Numbered from the stretch's first letter, positions 1 to 10,107 are shown. The stretch: DNA of 24,103 nucleotides from Candidatus Thorarchaeota archaeon (GCA_048882385.1 JBHLRQ010000020.1:16385-40487), one strand, 5' to 3'. Notes: a model not told the origin generated them from the letters alone. Program-made: numbers and translations.

Positions 1-212
1 CTCTGAAAGTCTGGCTCTTCAGGACTTTCTCCATGCCAGTCGTGATACCACTCCCAGGTGTCCTCTGCCAAGTGTATGTATCTACTATGAATACTGCCTC
101 CTGACTCATAGAGAATACGACTGAACTCTTCCTCACTCAGGGTTTCAACAATCTCCCAGATGGTATCATTTGCCCATTGTAGATAATTAGCTAGTTTTTC
201 CAAGAGGACCAT
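1..212 (-). CDS. DinB/YfiT-like family protein, N-terminal part (runs off the window edge)
   Basis: Not in the ORF track. Manual translation from ATG at 212 gives MVLLEKLANYLQWANDTIWEIVETLSEEEFSRILYESGGSIHSRYIHLAEDTWEWYHDW..., with the DinB-like pattern Y-x-x-WAN...L-S-EE-F...GSI...H. The frame stays open to position 1. Confidence 0.7.
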   Translation of the reverse strand, partial: MVLLEKLANYLQWANDTIWEIVETLSEEEFSRILYESGGSIHSRYIHLAEDTWEWYHDWHGESPEEPDFQ

Positions 213-304
213 GACGTTCCAAGGTGAACCTGTAATTTAAATTAAGTAGTCGCAATAGAAGAGCTCCACTGTATAGCAACACAAACAAGAAACGTGATAG
301 TGAA

Positions 305-1147
305 ATGATGAAAGACAAGGTTTGCATTGTAACAGGCAGTAACTCTGGGATTGGCAAAGAAACAGCTCTGGCCTTGGCTGAAATGGGAGCGACTGTGATT
401 TCAGTTGTTCGAAATCGAGAGCTAGGTGAACAGGCTTGTGAAGTTATAGTTGCAGAAACAGGGAATGACGCAGTTGAAATGATGCTCTGTGATTTATCAT
501 TAATGAGTACAATCAGGAAATTTGCAGAGGAATTCAAGAGCAAGTATGATCGTCTTGACGTCCTAATCAATAATGCAGGAGCAGTCTTTACCAAAAGACA
601 GGTCACAAATGAGGGATTTGAACGGACACTAGCAGTTAACTATCTAGCTCCATTTCTTCTCACTCATGAACTACTTCCACTCCTTAAGACAAGTGCGCCT
701 TCTAGGGTAATTAACCTCTCATCAGGTTTGGCAAATAGGGCTGAACTAAATCTAGAAGACTTGCAGAGTGAGTCAGGATACAAGTCCCGTAAAGTGTACG
801 GTAGTGCAAAGCTCAACGTTGAGATGTTTACATATGAGATGGCCCGACAGCTCGAGAGTACTGGTGTTTCAGTGAATGTAGTTCGACCTGGATTCGTTGC
901 AACGAATCTCGGTCGCAGCAGTGGTAGTTTCAGTTCTAGAATCATGTTTGGAATGATGAAACCATTCCAACTCAGTCCAAAGGAAGGTGCAGAAACCTCA
1001 GTCTATGTTGCATCTTCTCCAGAGATTGAAGGTGTAACAGGTAAATGTTTCAGAAAGTGTGAGGTGACAACAACCTCTGAGATATCGTATGATACTGAAA
1101 AACAGAAACAGCTCTGGGATGCTACTGTGGACCTTCTAGGGCTCTAG
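305..1147 (+). CDS. Short-chain dehydrogenase/reductase (retinol dehydrogenase-like classical SDR)
   Basis: TGSNSGIG Rossmann motif, INNAG, NLSS, and catalytic YxxxK (YGSAK). Confidence 0.93.
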   Translation: MMKDKVCIVTGSNSGIGKETALALAEMGATVISVVRNRELGEQACEVIVAETGNDAVEMMLCDLSLMSTIRKFAEEFKSKYDRLDVLINNAGAVFTKRQVTNEGFERTLAVNYLAPFLLTHELLPLLKTSAPSRVINLSSGLANRAELNLEDLQSESGYKSRKVYGSAKLNVEMFTYEMARQLESTGVSVNVVRPGFVATNLGRSSGSFSSRIMFGMMKPFQLSPKEGAETSVYVASSPEIEGVTGKCFRKCEVTTTSEISYDTEKQKQLWDATVDLLGL

Positions 1148-3232
1148 ATAGTGTCCAAACTTCTTCTTGAAGTTGTCAGCCAATTCTACGAACCCATACT
1201 TCTTCCAAGCTGCAATTGCTAATTCATAGGTTTCTTTGGACATAGTCAGATACTTTTCATCATCCAATCTTTTCCAAGCATGAGCCAATAGATCCATCAA
1301 AGTACTAGACATCATCGCAACCTCATAATCGAACTTGTTTGGATCCTGTACAATTATGCGGTTCAAATCAATGACTCTCTCTACCGTCTTCTTCAATTCA
1401 TCTTTGTCAAGATGATCTACAATTAGAGATGCGTGGAAACTTGCGGACATTGCATCATCGCGGATTACTTCACCAAACGATAAGAACCATTCCTGAACAT
1501 CAAGAGCAATATCTACGCATCTCTTTAACACCTCAATTTTCTCATCCCCTTCCAGCAGCCTTGCAGCAAGTGAGGTTAGAGCTGTGTTTGTATTGCTGAG
1601 ATATGTCGCATAGGTTGTGGGTCGGGTGATCTGCGCAGCATCTATGGTATTTACATCTAGTAGGTTTATAGCCGCATAAAGAAGTCGTATCTCGAATTCT
1701 GGTAATTGTTTCTCTCTTGCGAGAACTGGACCAATTGAGTTAGCCACAACAAAGAGAGAGAATCGCACTCTCTTCTTAGAAGACTCTGATTCCATTATCT
1801 CGTAAATATCTCCCAAGAATTCTATAGTCCGTTGAAGATGATGCTCTCTTGAAATGCCTGTTGATAAGAAGTAGTATTCTGCATGAGCCACACTCAGACT
1901 CTGAAACACACTATCGACTGTATATGCAAACAACGGAATATCGGTCTTCATCAAACCTCTGAAATAATCGCGATATAGCATGAGGACTTCTTCAAGAAAT
2001 CCAACCCGTTCACTGATTGTGAGTACTGGAGATTCAGTCAATGCTGTAAGTAACGCGATATAGTTCTGCAGCTTAAAGGATGCCGTGATGCCTATCTCCA
2101 TTCCCTTGCCTTCTTTCTGTAATTCCCATAGTAAATCGTCATCAAGAACCCAAGTGATGCTTCCAAGGATACTAGATATCTGAGATTTATAGAGACCAAG
2201 CTCATCTTTGAAACCATCATAACTAGTAATAGAATACAATTTGTCGAATATTCTTCTGCGTTCCTCAATAGCATCGATGAATGAGCAAACAACTTCAGAT
2301 TTCCCTTTGTATAGTTCTATTAATCTAGATGAAAACTCAGGATACTCTACAACAAGAGGGTCCAAAAACAAGAAACCAAGCATAAGATGTTCATCATCTT
2401 GCACGAAATCGAATTTTCTCATAGATTCTCTAAACACTCGAGTATAATCCGCGGGAATGACTTCTCCCGCTATAGTTCCTACAAGGACTTTAGCCAAACT
2501 AGTGAAAGGATAATCCTCAGGGAGTCTTGATACAATCTCTCTAAGTTCTTTCAAAGTCGGTGCGATTGTCTTTGTCATGGAATGCGTTAAGGATCCCATC
2601 TTGATACTTAAGATACTTGCAAGTTCACTCTCGTCTTTGGACGCCATAGCGCAGGCTCGATCAAATTCACCTCTTAACGCATGAAGAAGTGCATCTTTCA
2701 GTGTTCCTGAACACTCATTCTTGAACTCCAGCCATCTTTTTTCTGGTTCAGGTCGAGCAAGAAAATCATCCACTTCCTGAATTATGTTTGAAAATCGATT
2801 GTCCTTTTTTAAAACCTCAAAAATTGGATTCCACACACACGATAATGCAGAAGGAAATGATGTTTCTATGTGATCTCTGACATATGCACTTAGAATCCGA
2901 GCGATAATCTTCTTCTGTGTGTCATCTACAGAACCATCAGCAACACGAATTTCCGACGCATCAATCTTCTCTGCAATGACCCGTAAGAGACTGTCCATGT
3001 AATCTTCGGCTTTACTAACTAACGCAACAATCGTGAATCCCTTTCCAGATTCAGTCACAAGAAGTGTATCCTCCTTTAGAGCAAGTCGTCGGACCTCGCT
3101 GCCCATCATACTACTCAATGCCTTAGCTGACTCAATCAATGGTCCTAGGATGAGTTCCCCATCAGCCTCCATTGAGCTTTTAAACTCAATGGGGACCCCA
3201 CCTTCTGTCAGGACACCGATTAGTCTAATCAT
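1136..3232 (-). CDS. Hypothetical protein with a putative N-terminal longin-like domain and a long alpha-helical C-terminal region
   Basis: 698-aa ORF. The first ~120 aa show a longin-like pattern (MIRLIGVLTEGGVPI...LIESAKALSSMM..EVRRLAL..TLLVTES..FTIVALVS..LLRVIAEKI). The rest is Leu/Ala/Glu-rich and apparently helical. The CDS is well supported; the fold call is pattern-based. Confidence 0.65.
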   Translation of the reverse strand: MIRLIGVLTEGGVPIEFKSSMEADGELILGPLIESAKALSSMMGSEVRRLALKEDTLLVTESGKGFTIVALVSKAEDYMDSLLRVIAEKIDASEIRVADGSVDDTQKKIIARILSAYVRDHIETSFPSALSCVWNPIFEVLKKDNRFSNIIQEVDDFLARPEPEKRWLEFKNECSGTLKDALLHALRGEFDRACAMASKDESELASILSIKMGSLTHSMTKTIAPTLKELREIVSRLPEDYPFTSLAKVLVGTIAGEVIPADYTRVFRESMRKFDFVQDDEHLMLGFLFLDPLVVEYPEFSSRLIELYKGKSEVVCSFIDAIEERRRIFDKLYSITSYDGFKDELGLYKSQISSILGSITWVLDDDLLWELQKEGKGMEIGITASFKLQNYIALLTALTESPVLTISERVGFLEEVLMLYRDYFRGLMKTDIPLFAYTVDSVFQSLSVAHAEYYFLSTGISREHHLQRTIEFLGDIYEIMESESSKKRVRFSLFVVANSIGPVLAREKQLPEFEIRLLYAAINLLDVNTIDAAQITRPTTYATYLSNTNTALTSLAARLLEGDEKIEVLKRCVDIALDVQEWFLSFGEVIRDDAMSASFHASLIVDHLDKDELKKTVERVIDLNRIIVQDPNKFDYEVAMMSSTLMDLLAHAWKRLDDEKYLTMSKETYELAIAAWKKYGFVELADNFKKKFGHYLEP

Positions 3233-3378
3233 TTGATTTCCCTACAAATCGTGCGATTTGATATCAACAACATTCTACGAAAAAAGCCTTCTTGATATGG
3301 ATTCAATCTGAATAGTTCATAAAATCAAGCAGTTTGCTCGAATTTCTCTTGTTATTCTAATACTAATACTGGATTCCA

Positions 3379-5118
3379 TCATCGAATAGAGAGTATTGAC
3401 GCTAGCAGCCAGGCACATAGTATTGCATTGACCATAGCTCCAAGCCATCGATTCCCTGTCACACGATATGCAAACATTGTGATTACAGTACATGCTGCAA
3501 ACCATGGAGTGAATGCATAGAAGAACAAAAACGAATATCCAATGATTCCTGGGATTAGAGGAGCACCAGCCAAGAATCCGCCGACATATTCGAACGTTAC
3601 AAGAATGAGGTATGGAAATGTTTTGATGAGTACGGCCTTTATGGTCCAACTCAATTGTACACTGGTCCAAGAGCCTTCACCTTTGGGTAACATTGGTCCA
3701 GTCAGCCAGGCTCCATCAATCAAGCAATAAATCAAGAACACAATGAAATACAGGGGTACAAAGTAGGATTGTGCAAGGGTGAGGTCATGGAGACCTGGTA
3801 GGAAGCATCGCAAATCCAACGCGAGTCCAAGGTCGACAATTAGAGTCAAAACGTACAACCAAATGACCACAATACATGCCAGAAAGAAGGTTCTCATGAT
3901 TTTTAGAACCGGCCTGTTACTCCCTGTGCCCAGTAATCTTTGTACTGACAGGATTGATTGAGAACGTCGGCGAAGGATGATAAACAAGAAAAGAACACCA
4001 ACAAGAGCGCTTCCAATCATCCATGACATTACCGGTATCCCATAATACTGCGGGAATGGTATCAGGAATGATAGTAAAGTTCCAACCAACAGGAACGGAA
4101 AGAACGTGATAGTACCAATTAATCCATACAAAATTCCATACCCTATGAACGACTTTGTTGTAGCAGGCTCCTCACTAGGAACACCTCTAAGGTCTGAGAA
4201 GAGTGGTATATTGAATAATATGACTATTAGAGGGAATATCGTTAACAGTGCTCCTAACAATCCTAAAAGTCCTCCAAATAACCAGAGTGGATAAAGGAGA
4301 TTATCACTAGCTATCCAGTGTTCATCCTCATTCCCTCCTTTCAGACTGTTCTTCATCCATTCAACACTTTCACTGACGATGACTGGATTTATTGTTTCGA
4401 ACAGATGATTTGAAGGCGGAAATACTGCTCTTCTTGCTGTATTGTTAGCAAAGTCACCATAAGTTGTGCTAGGTACAATACCTGTGACATTGAAGTAGGG
4501 TTCTAGTCTGGTGAGATTTTGAGGATAACTTGAAAGAGAGTCAAAGTAACCTGTGGCGATGAGTGTGTTTGGAATATATGCCGCCTCCGACCAGAAACCA
4601 GATCCAACAAGAACTAGTGCCCTAACATATACACTGGATTCCTCCATGGCACTCACAGCGATACCGCCTCCCATACTATGTCCAATCAATCCAATCTGAG
4701 TGTTGTCGACATAATCCAGAGAAGTGATATAGTTCAGTGCCGCAGTCCCACTACCTGAACCAACCTCTGAGTTTCCGTGGCCATTTGCATCTAATGTCAA
4801 TACAACAAATCCTCGTCTGGCTAGTTCTATTCCAAACGCCATCAACCATTCCTTGTTCTGGAGTGACCCATGAATGACAACTACTCCCGGCAATGGATCC
4901 GCGTCAGTCGCATAGTGAGGTTTCTGTAGTGTACTATGAATCCACGATCCATCAGCTGCCTGAAAATCAATCTCAGAAACAGCTACAGAGCCAAATCCAT
5001 TCTGCATACTGGCTGCGATCATGACTCCTGAAGACATTAGGATAAGTCCAATAAGAAGTACAAGGTATCTACGTTTCAATTGTGCACCACCTCTGCCATG
5101 TACTCTAGGTACTGTCAT
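3379..5118 (-). CDS. Membrane-bound alpha/beta-fold hydrolase (N-terminal anchor, hydrolase domain, multi-TM C-terminal domain)
   Basis: Hydrophobic N-terminal segment, VVVIHG oxyanion region, GHSMGG nucleophile elbow, candidate catalytic His in SNHLFE, then about 8-9 hydrophobic segments. Confidence 0.85.
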   Translation of the reverse strand: MTVPRVHGRGGAQLKRRYLVLLIGLILMSSGVMIAASMQNGFGSVAVSEIDFQAADGSWIHSTLQKPHYATDADPLPGVVVIHGSLQNKEWLMAFGIELARRGFVVLTLDANGHGNSEVGSGSGTAALNYITSLDYVDNTQIGLIGHSMGGGIAVSAMEESSVYVRALVLVGSGFWSEAAYIPNTLIATGYFDSLSSYPQNLTRLEPYFNVTGIVPSTTYGDFANNTARRAVFPPSNHLFETINPVIVSESVEWMKNSLKGGNEDEHWIASDNLLYPLWLFGGLLGLLGALLTIFPLIVILFNIPLFSDLRGVPSEEPATTKSFIGYGILYGLIGTITFFPFLLVGTLLSFLIPFPQYYGIPVMSWMIGSALVGVLFLFIILRRRSQSILSVQRLLGTGSNRPVLKIMRTFFLACIVVIWLYVLTLIVDLGLALDLRCFLPGLHDLTLAQSYFVPLYFIVFLIYCLIDGAWLTGPMLPKGEGSWTSVQLSWTIKAVLIKTFPYLILVTFEYVGGFLAGAPLIPGIIGYSFLFFYAFTPWFAACTVITMFAYRVTGNRWLGAMVNAILCAWLLASILSIR

Positions 5119-5189
5119 AACTTGTCTTTTATTTCATCCGAACACATGCCGCAACCCATATCACCTTTTGAAATCCAGAACACACAACG

Positions 5190-5819
5190 ATGCCAGACTG
5201 GGATCAAATCTTTGCAGAGAAAGGTCGAGTTTTCACTGACCCCCATTCAGATATTGACAGAGTTCTAGACATGCTTGGTGAAGGCAAGCGAGTTCTGGAC
5301 CTAGGATGTGGGACTGGTCGTCATATAGTATACCTCGCTCGTCTAGGCTATGACATCTATGGATTTGATAGTTCTTCAAGAGCACTCTCTATGGCTCAAG
5401 AGTGGCTTCAAGAAGAGAATCTTGAAGCGCATCTATGTGAACACTTTATGGAACAAACTTTTCCATATGATGCTGATTTCTTTGATGCTGTGATTTCAAT
5501 CCAAGTCATCCATCATAATCCTATGAAAGACATCAAGAAGACAATCCGAGAGATAGAGCGGGTATTGAAACCAGAAGGACTTCTCTTTGTCACATTTCCA
5601 GTCCTTCATTCCGGTCCAGTAGAAGAAAATCGAGACTGGAACCTTATGAAAATAGAAGAAGGCACATACATACCTCAGAAAGGTTTAGAGCGTGGAATTC
5701 CTCATCACTACTTCTCACTTGAAGAGATTCCTAAAGTGTTTGGAGGTTTTGATATCTTTGATATATTTCTTGACGATACAGATCATCGATGCGTTCTAGC
5801 CAAGCTCCGGACCAGCTAA
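5190..5819 (+). CDS. Class I SAM-dependent methyltransferase
   Basis: VLDLGCGTGRH motif I, GFDSS, FDAVIS, RVLKPEG. Confidence 0.92.
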   Translation: MPDWDQIFAEKGRVFTDPHSDIDRVLDMLGEGKRVLDLGCGTGRHIVYLARLGYDIYGFDSSSRALSMAQEWLQEENLEAHLCEHFMEQTFPYDADFFDAVISIQVIHHNPMKDIKKTIREIERVLKPEGLLFVTFPVLHSGPVEENRDWNLMKIEEGTYIPQKGLERGIPHHYFSLEEIPKVFGGFDIFDIFLDDTDHRCVLAKLRTS

Positions 5820-7009
5820 ATCTGGTCTTCAAGTCCGAATGTTGGAAAAATGAGTTTCTTGACCTTCTCTATTGTGTCATCCACTGCACGACGTATCTTT
5901 GGATACTGGTCACTGGGCATTCTAAAAGGTCTGCTTGTCCACCCACCTCTCTTAACCTGGAATCCGTGTTTGTGACAAAGCTCTATCCACTCTGCCGGAA
6001 TTGTCGGTGGTAAAGCTATGTCTGCGATATCTGCAAGGAGTATTGTCCAAATCTTTGCTGCAGCCACAGAGTTGTATCCTCCACCTCCCACAACAACAAG
6101 TTTCCTAGTTCCAAGATGTACGAGCTGACGAACAGTCTTTGACATACGTTGATAGGTGTCGTATGTAAGCATCAGATCTGTAAGTGGGTCATTCATGTAG
6201 CCATCTGCTCCCACTTCCCAGAACACAAAGTCTGGTTTGTATGCTAGCCAGATTGGAACCACGACATCCTCGAATGCTCTCCACCACTCCACATCATCAG
6301 TGAGAGGTGGTAATGGAATATTAACTGAGTAGCCCTTCCCCTCGCCAATACCAACCTCCTCTGGTCTTCCAGTACCCGGGTAGAATCCCATACTGAGTTC
6401 ATGAAGCGAAATTGTCAGGACATTAGGGTCATGATAGAATGCATGTTGTGTGCCATCGCCATGATGTGCATCTGTATCGAGATAGAGCACTTTCTTTCCT
6501 GGATATTTCTGTTGATAGTTTTTGATGGCTACTACACAGTCATTGTAATAACAGAAGCCAGAAGCCTGGCTCTCCATTGCATGATGGAGACCTCCGAAGA
6601 ATGAAACTGCATCCTCGAACTGACCATCTGCTACTCCCATCACAGCATCGATGGTCGCTCCCACAATATAGCTTGCATATTGGTCAACACCAGGGAATAT
6701 TGGACACTCGTCTGTATCCAGACCAAATCGTGAAGAGAATGCTGTACCCATATTTCCAAAGAGCTCCAGAGTTTCGATGTACGCCGGGTCATGAAACAAA
6801 AGCAGTTCTTCACGAGTCGCACGTCGCATTGGTTGAACCGATATTCTGGGACTCTTAAGAAGTCCTGACATCACTGGTAGACTCCAAGTGACTTCCAACC
6901 GTGCCCGATTCCAGAATGGATTAGGCTCTGCTCTCATTCTATCAAGTTCATCGATTCCTTCAAGACTGAGAATAGCCTCAGGATCGAATAGAGCAGTCAA
7001 TTCGGACAA
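5816..7009 (-). CDS. Zn-dependent histone deacetylase family protein (AcuC-like)
   Basis: GGLHHA, GFCYYND, DTDAHHGDG, SLHE, YPGTG, GADG..DPL and GGGGY motifs. TTG start is preceded by a GGAGG RBS. Confidence 0.92.
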   Translation of the reverse strand: MSELTALFDPEAILSLEGIDELDRMRAEPNPFWNRARLEVTWSLPVMSGLLKSPRISVQPMRRATREELLLFHDPAYIETLELFGNMGTAFSSRFGLDTDECPIFPGVDQYASYIVGATIDAVMGVADGQFEDAVSFFGGLHHAMESQASGFCYYNDCVVAIKNYQQKYPGKKVLYLDTDAHHGDGTQHAFYHDPNVLTISLHELSMGFYPGTGRPEEVGIGEGKGYSVNIPLPPLTDDVEWWRAFEDVVVPIWLAYKPDFVFWEVGADGYMNDPLTDLMLTYDTYQRMSKTVRQLVHLGTRKLVVVGGGGYNSVAAAKIWTILLADIADIALPPTIPAEWIELCHKHGFQVKRGGWTSRPFRMPSDQYPKIRRAVDDTIEKVKKLIFPTFGLEDQI

Positions 7010-7137
7010 CAGAGTTCCTCCATTTCGGATAGCAGTCTTGGTTGACTGACGTCATTCCACTCTTATGTTTGCTGGCGACATATTTTATTGGTCTCTTCGA
7101 AAGCCTCATTATTCAATTAGAAATATCGGTAGCTATC

Positions 7138-8151
7138 ATGTCTAAATTTGAGTTGATAAAAGAAACTTTTCTTGGAAATCTTGGAGAGCAACTTCCAATC
7201 TCCTTGTGGAAGCATCATCCTAATGTTGATAGGACTCCGGAAGGACTTGCAGAATCTGAGATTACATTTCATAGACTTCTTGACCATGATCTACTGAAGA
7301 TATCCTTTTTCGGTCATTTTCCATGTATCGACTTTGGCTGTACTGCAGTCTATGACGGAGCTCCTACTGGGTCTACAACACTCACAAGTGCTGCTATCAA
7401 CGAAGTTAGTGACTGGGAAACTCTTGAACCACTCGATGTTAATGCTGGTGAGTTGGGAAATCAGATTCGAGCTGTAGATTTAATCCACAAGTATGCACAA
7501 GATAAAGTGCCTACAATGGCTACAGTCTTTGATCCCGCTATGGTTGCTGATAAGATTTCTGACAAAAACCTGACTAAATATGCAGATACGCATCCAGATG
7601 TTTTGGAAAGTGCACTTGATTTAATCACCGATGTTACAATAGATTTTGCTAAGGCTGCAATCGACGCAGGAGCCGATGGCATATTCTTAGCATCACAACA
7701 CTCCACAAAATCATCGGTTTCTGATGAGCAATACGAGAAGTTCATCTATCCTTATGATAACAAGTTTATTTCACGCCTTCGAGGGAAAGCCAAGTTCATC
7801 GTTGTGCATTTGCATGCACGAGAGGATAAGGAAGAGATACGTTTTGACAAGATTGCAAAGACTAGAGGTGTTGATGCTATAAACTGGGAGGATCAGACTT
7901 CATCCCTCTCACTGAGCCAAGGCAAGAAGAAATTCCGTGGAGCTGTATTGGGTGGAATTGATCACAACGGGATTTTTCGTAATGGAGCCCCCGAGGAGGC
8001 ACAGGAACAGGTTTTAGAAGCTGTTAAGCGAGCTGGTCTCGAGCGTCTTATCGTGGCACCGGGTTGTGTTGTAACAGTCGACACTCCCGAAGAGAATATT
8101 ATTACAGTGAGAGATGCTATACGTTCAATTGACCCCTACGACTACAAGTAG
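7138..8151 (+). CDS. Uroporphyrinogen decarboxylase / MtaA-like TIM-barrel family protein
   Basis: AIDAGADGIF, VHLHA, LGGID and LIVAPGC motifs. ATG 7138 (MSKFELIK) is preferred over the track's TTG at 7042, which lies in the divergent promoter region. Confidence 0.8.
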   Translation: MSKFELIKETFLGNLGEQLPISLWKHHPNVDRTPEGLAESEITFHRLLDHDLLKISFFGHFPCIDFGCTAVYDGAPTGSTTLTSAAINEVSDWETLEPLDVNAGELGNQIRAVDLIHKYAQDKVPTMATVFDPAMVADKISDKNLTKYADTHPDVLESALDLITDVTIDFAKAAIDAGADGIFLASQHSTKSSVSDEQYEKFIYPYDNKFISRLRGKAKFIVVHLHAREDKEEIRFDKIAKTRGVDAINWEDQTSSLSLSQGKKKFRGAVLGGIDHNGIFRNGAPEEAQEQVLEAVKRAGLERLIVAPGCVVTVDTPEENIITVRDAIRSIDPYDYK

Positions 8152-8162
8152 GTGGATGAAAA

Positions 8163-9878
8163 ATGACAAGGAATGCTGAAGTTGCTCGCGTTCTCAAAGA
8201 GATAGGTTTACTCCTAGAAATCGAAGGCAAAGATCGATTCAAACCCCGTGCGTACTTTCGTGGAATGCGATCTGTAACATCATTAGGAGAGGATATCGAA
8301 GCCATAGCCAAACGAGATGCTCTTACCGAAATCCAAGGTATTGGAAAGGGTCTCTCGGATGTCATCAAAAGCTATCTTGAAACTGGAGAAGTGGAACTTC
8401 TAACGGAACTTAGAACACGTGTTCCAGTTAAGGCATTAGAGCTCGATTCGATTCCTGGAGTGGGTCCAAAGACAATCAAACTTGTGTATGAGAAACTAGG
8501 TGTCACTGACATAGAATCGCTTGAAGCTGCAGCCAATCAGGGAAGGCTTTCAAATCTGCCAGGTCTTGGTGAAAAGACTCAGATACAAATCATTGAAGGA
8601 ATTCAAGTTGTTCGTGCTGGGCTTGAAAGGACTCTTCTTGCGGATGCATTATCTGCTGCAGAGAAAATTGAGAATGAGCTTCGAAAAGTGAAGACCGTGA
8701 CGCAACTAGTCATTGCAGGTTCAACGCGCCGTCGAAGAGAAACCATAGGCGATCTTGATTTCTTAGTTGATGCAACAGAACCTGAATCTGTTATGGAATC
8801 ATTCATCAACTCGGAAGGAGTAGCTACAATTACAGCACGTGGTCCTACCAAGTCATCAATTCGACTAGACTCTGGATTGCAGGTAGACCTCAGAGTCCTT
8901 TCTAGTGATAGTTTTGGTGCTGGTCTTCAGTATTTCACTGGAAGTGTGGATCACAACGTAAGGCTAAGATCAATTGCTAAAGAGAAGGGTCTACGCCTGA
9001 ACGAGTACGGTCTATTCAAGGATGAGCAGAAAATAGCTGGCGGGGATGAAGAGAATATCTACAAAACACTTGGACTACAATGGATTCCCCCAGAGCTGAG
9101 AGAAGATACTGGAGAAATCGAGGCTGCCCAAAATGGAGAACTACCTGAGCTAGTAGCTATGGAAAACATACGTGGTGACCTTCATAGCCACACTGACCAA
9201 TCAGATGGTAAAAACACGATTGAGGAAATGCTGGATGCGGCGCAGGCTCTTGAGTATGAGTACTACTGTGTATCTGATCATACACAAAGTCTAAGCATTG
9301 CCAACGGAATGGATGAAACTCGCCTTCTTAAGAGGATTGAAGAGATTGACGAGCTGAATACATCAGGTCGTTGGAAAATGAAGATCTTGAAGGGAGCAGA
9401 GGTAGACATACTAGCAGATGGCGGACTCGACATCGAAGATAGTGTGCTATCACAACTCGATATTGTGACCGGCTCAATACATAGTAGAATGAAGGACAAG
9501 AAAGAAACTATGACAGAACGTGTGTGTCATGCCTTACAGAATAAGTATGTTCACATTCTAGGACATCCTACTGGCCGCTTAATTGGCAAGAGGTCTGAAT
9601 TCGAAATCGATTTAGAGCGTGTGTTTGAAACAGCAAGGAAACACAACGTGATTATGGAGCTAAATGCTCATCCTCAAAGACTAGACCTCAATGCTGGAAA
9701 TCTCCGAGCTGCCATTAAGATTGGACTCAAGATTGCAATAAACACAGATGCACACAGAATCTCAGAACTTGATAATATGCGATTTGGTGTGTACCAGGCG
9801 CGACGAGGATGGTTGACTCCTGATGATGTCATCAATACCTACTCCTTGAAGAAACTGATGAATTCTATAAAGAAATAG
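8163..9878 (+). CDS. polX: DNA polymerase X / PHP-domain 3'-5' exonuclease
   Basis: HhH motifs (IQGIGK, IPGVGPKT, LPGLGEKT), AGSTRR, catalytic GDLD...VDLR, YFTGS..HN, and PHP motifs DLHSHT, SDH, GHP, NTDAH. Confidence 0.95.
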   Translation: MTRNAEVARVLKEIGLLLEIEGKDRFKPRAYFRGMRSVTSLGEDIEAIAKRDALTEIQGIGKGLSDVIKSYLETGEVELLTELRTRVPVKALELDSIPGVGPKTIKLVYEKLGVTDIESLEAAANQGRLSNLPGLGEKTQIQIIEGIQVVRAGLERTLLADALSAAEKIENELRKVKTVTQLVIAGSTRRRRETIGDLDFLVDATEPESVMESFINSEGVATITARGPTKSSIRLDSGLQVDLRVLSSDSFGAGLQYFTGSVDHNVRLRSIAKEKGLRLNEYGLFKDEQKIAGGDEENIYKTLGLQWIPPELREDTGEIEAAQNGELPELVAMENIRGDLHSHTDQSDGKNTIEEMLDAAQALEYEYYCVSDHTQSLSIANGMDETRLLKRIEEIDELNTSGRWKMKILKGAEVDILADGGLDIEDSVLSQLDIVTGSIHSRMKDKKETMTERVCHALQNKYVHILGHPTGRLIGKRSEFEIDLERVFETARKHNVIMELNAHPQRLDLNAGNLRAAIKIGLKIAINTDAHRISELDNMRFGVYQARRGWLTPDDVINTYSLKKLMNSIKK

Positions 9879-9914
9879 AATAGACCTAATCGACCTCTAA
9901 GTACATTCCATGAT

Positions 9915-9974
9915 AGTCACAATATGTGACTTCGTCCTGTGACCCTCACAAGTGGCTCCGCTATATATACTAAA
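9915..9974 (+). promoter_or_regulatory. Candidate promoter of the micro-ORF cluster: two palindromes plus a TATA box
   Basis: AGTCACA-ata-TGTGACT (9915-9931) and TGTGA-ccc-TCACA (9938-9950) lie upstream of TATATATA (9962-9969), about 35 nt before ATG 10002. Confidence 0.5.
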
Positions 9975-10001
9975 TCTGAGTAGTAATTCTTGTGAAACAT
10001 T

Positions 10002-10103
10002 ATGGCTCTAACAACTAATTCACGAAACACATCTGTGCTGAAGAAGAACAAGGTCAAGTTCTCAACTGAGGCTTTGACCCACGCAATGCTCTATCGGAGG
10101 TAA
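10002..10103 (+). CDS. Micro-ORF 1, 33 aa (MALTTNSRNTSVLKKNKVKFSTEALTHAMLYRR)
   Basis: First ATG after the TATA box. Its last codons and stop form the GGAGGT RBS of the next ORF. Confidence 0.45.
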   Translation: MALTTNSRNTSVLKKNKVKFSTEALTHAMLYRR

Positions 10104-10107
10104 TCCC

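Noticed and set aside
187-945. Minus-strand ORFs of 139 and 93 aa, and similar short ORFs nested in long genes throughout the window
   Set aside because: They overlap well-supported genes on the opposite strand or in another frame and show no protein-family signal.
3245-3260. Palindrome CAAATCG-tg-CGATTTG upstream of the 698-aa gene
   Set aside because: A single 7-bp inverted repeat with no corroborating copy.
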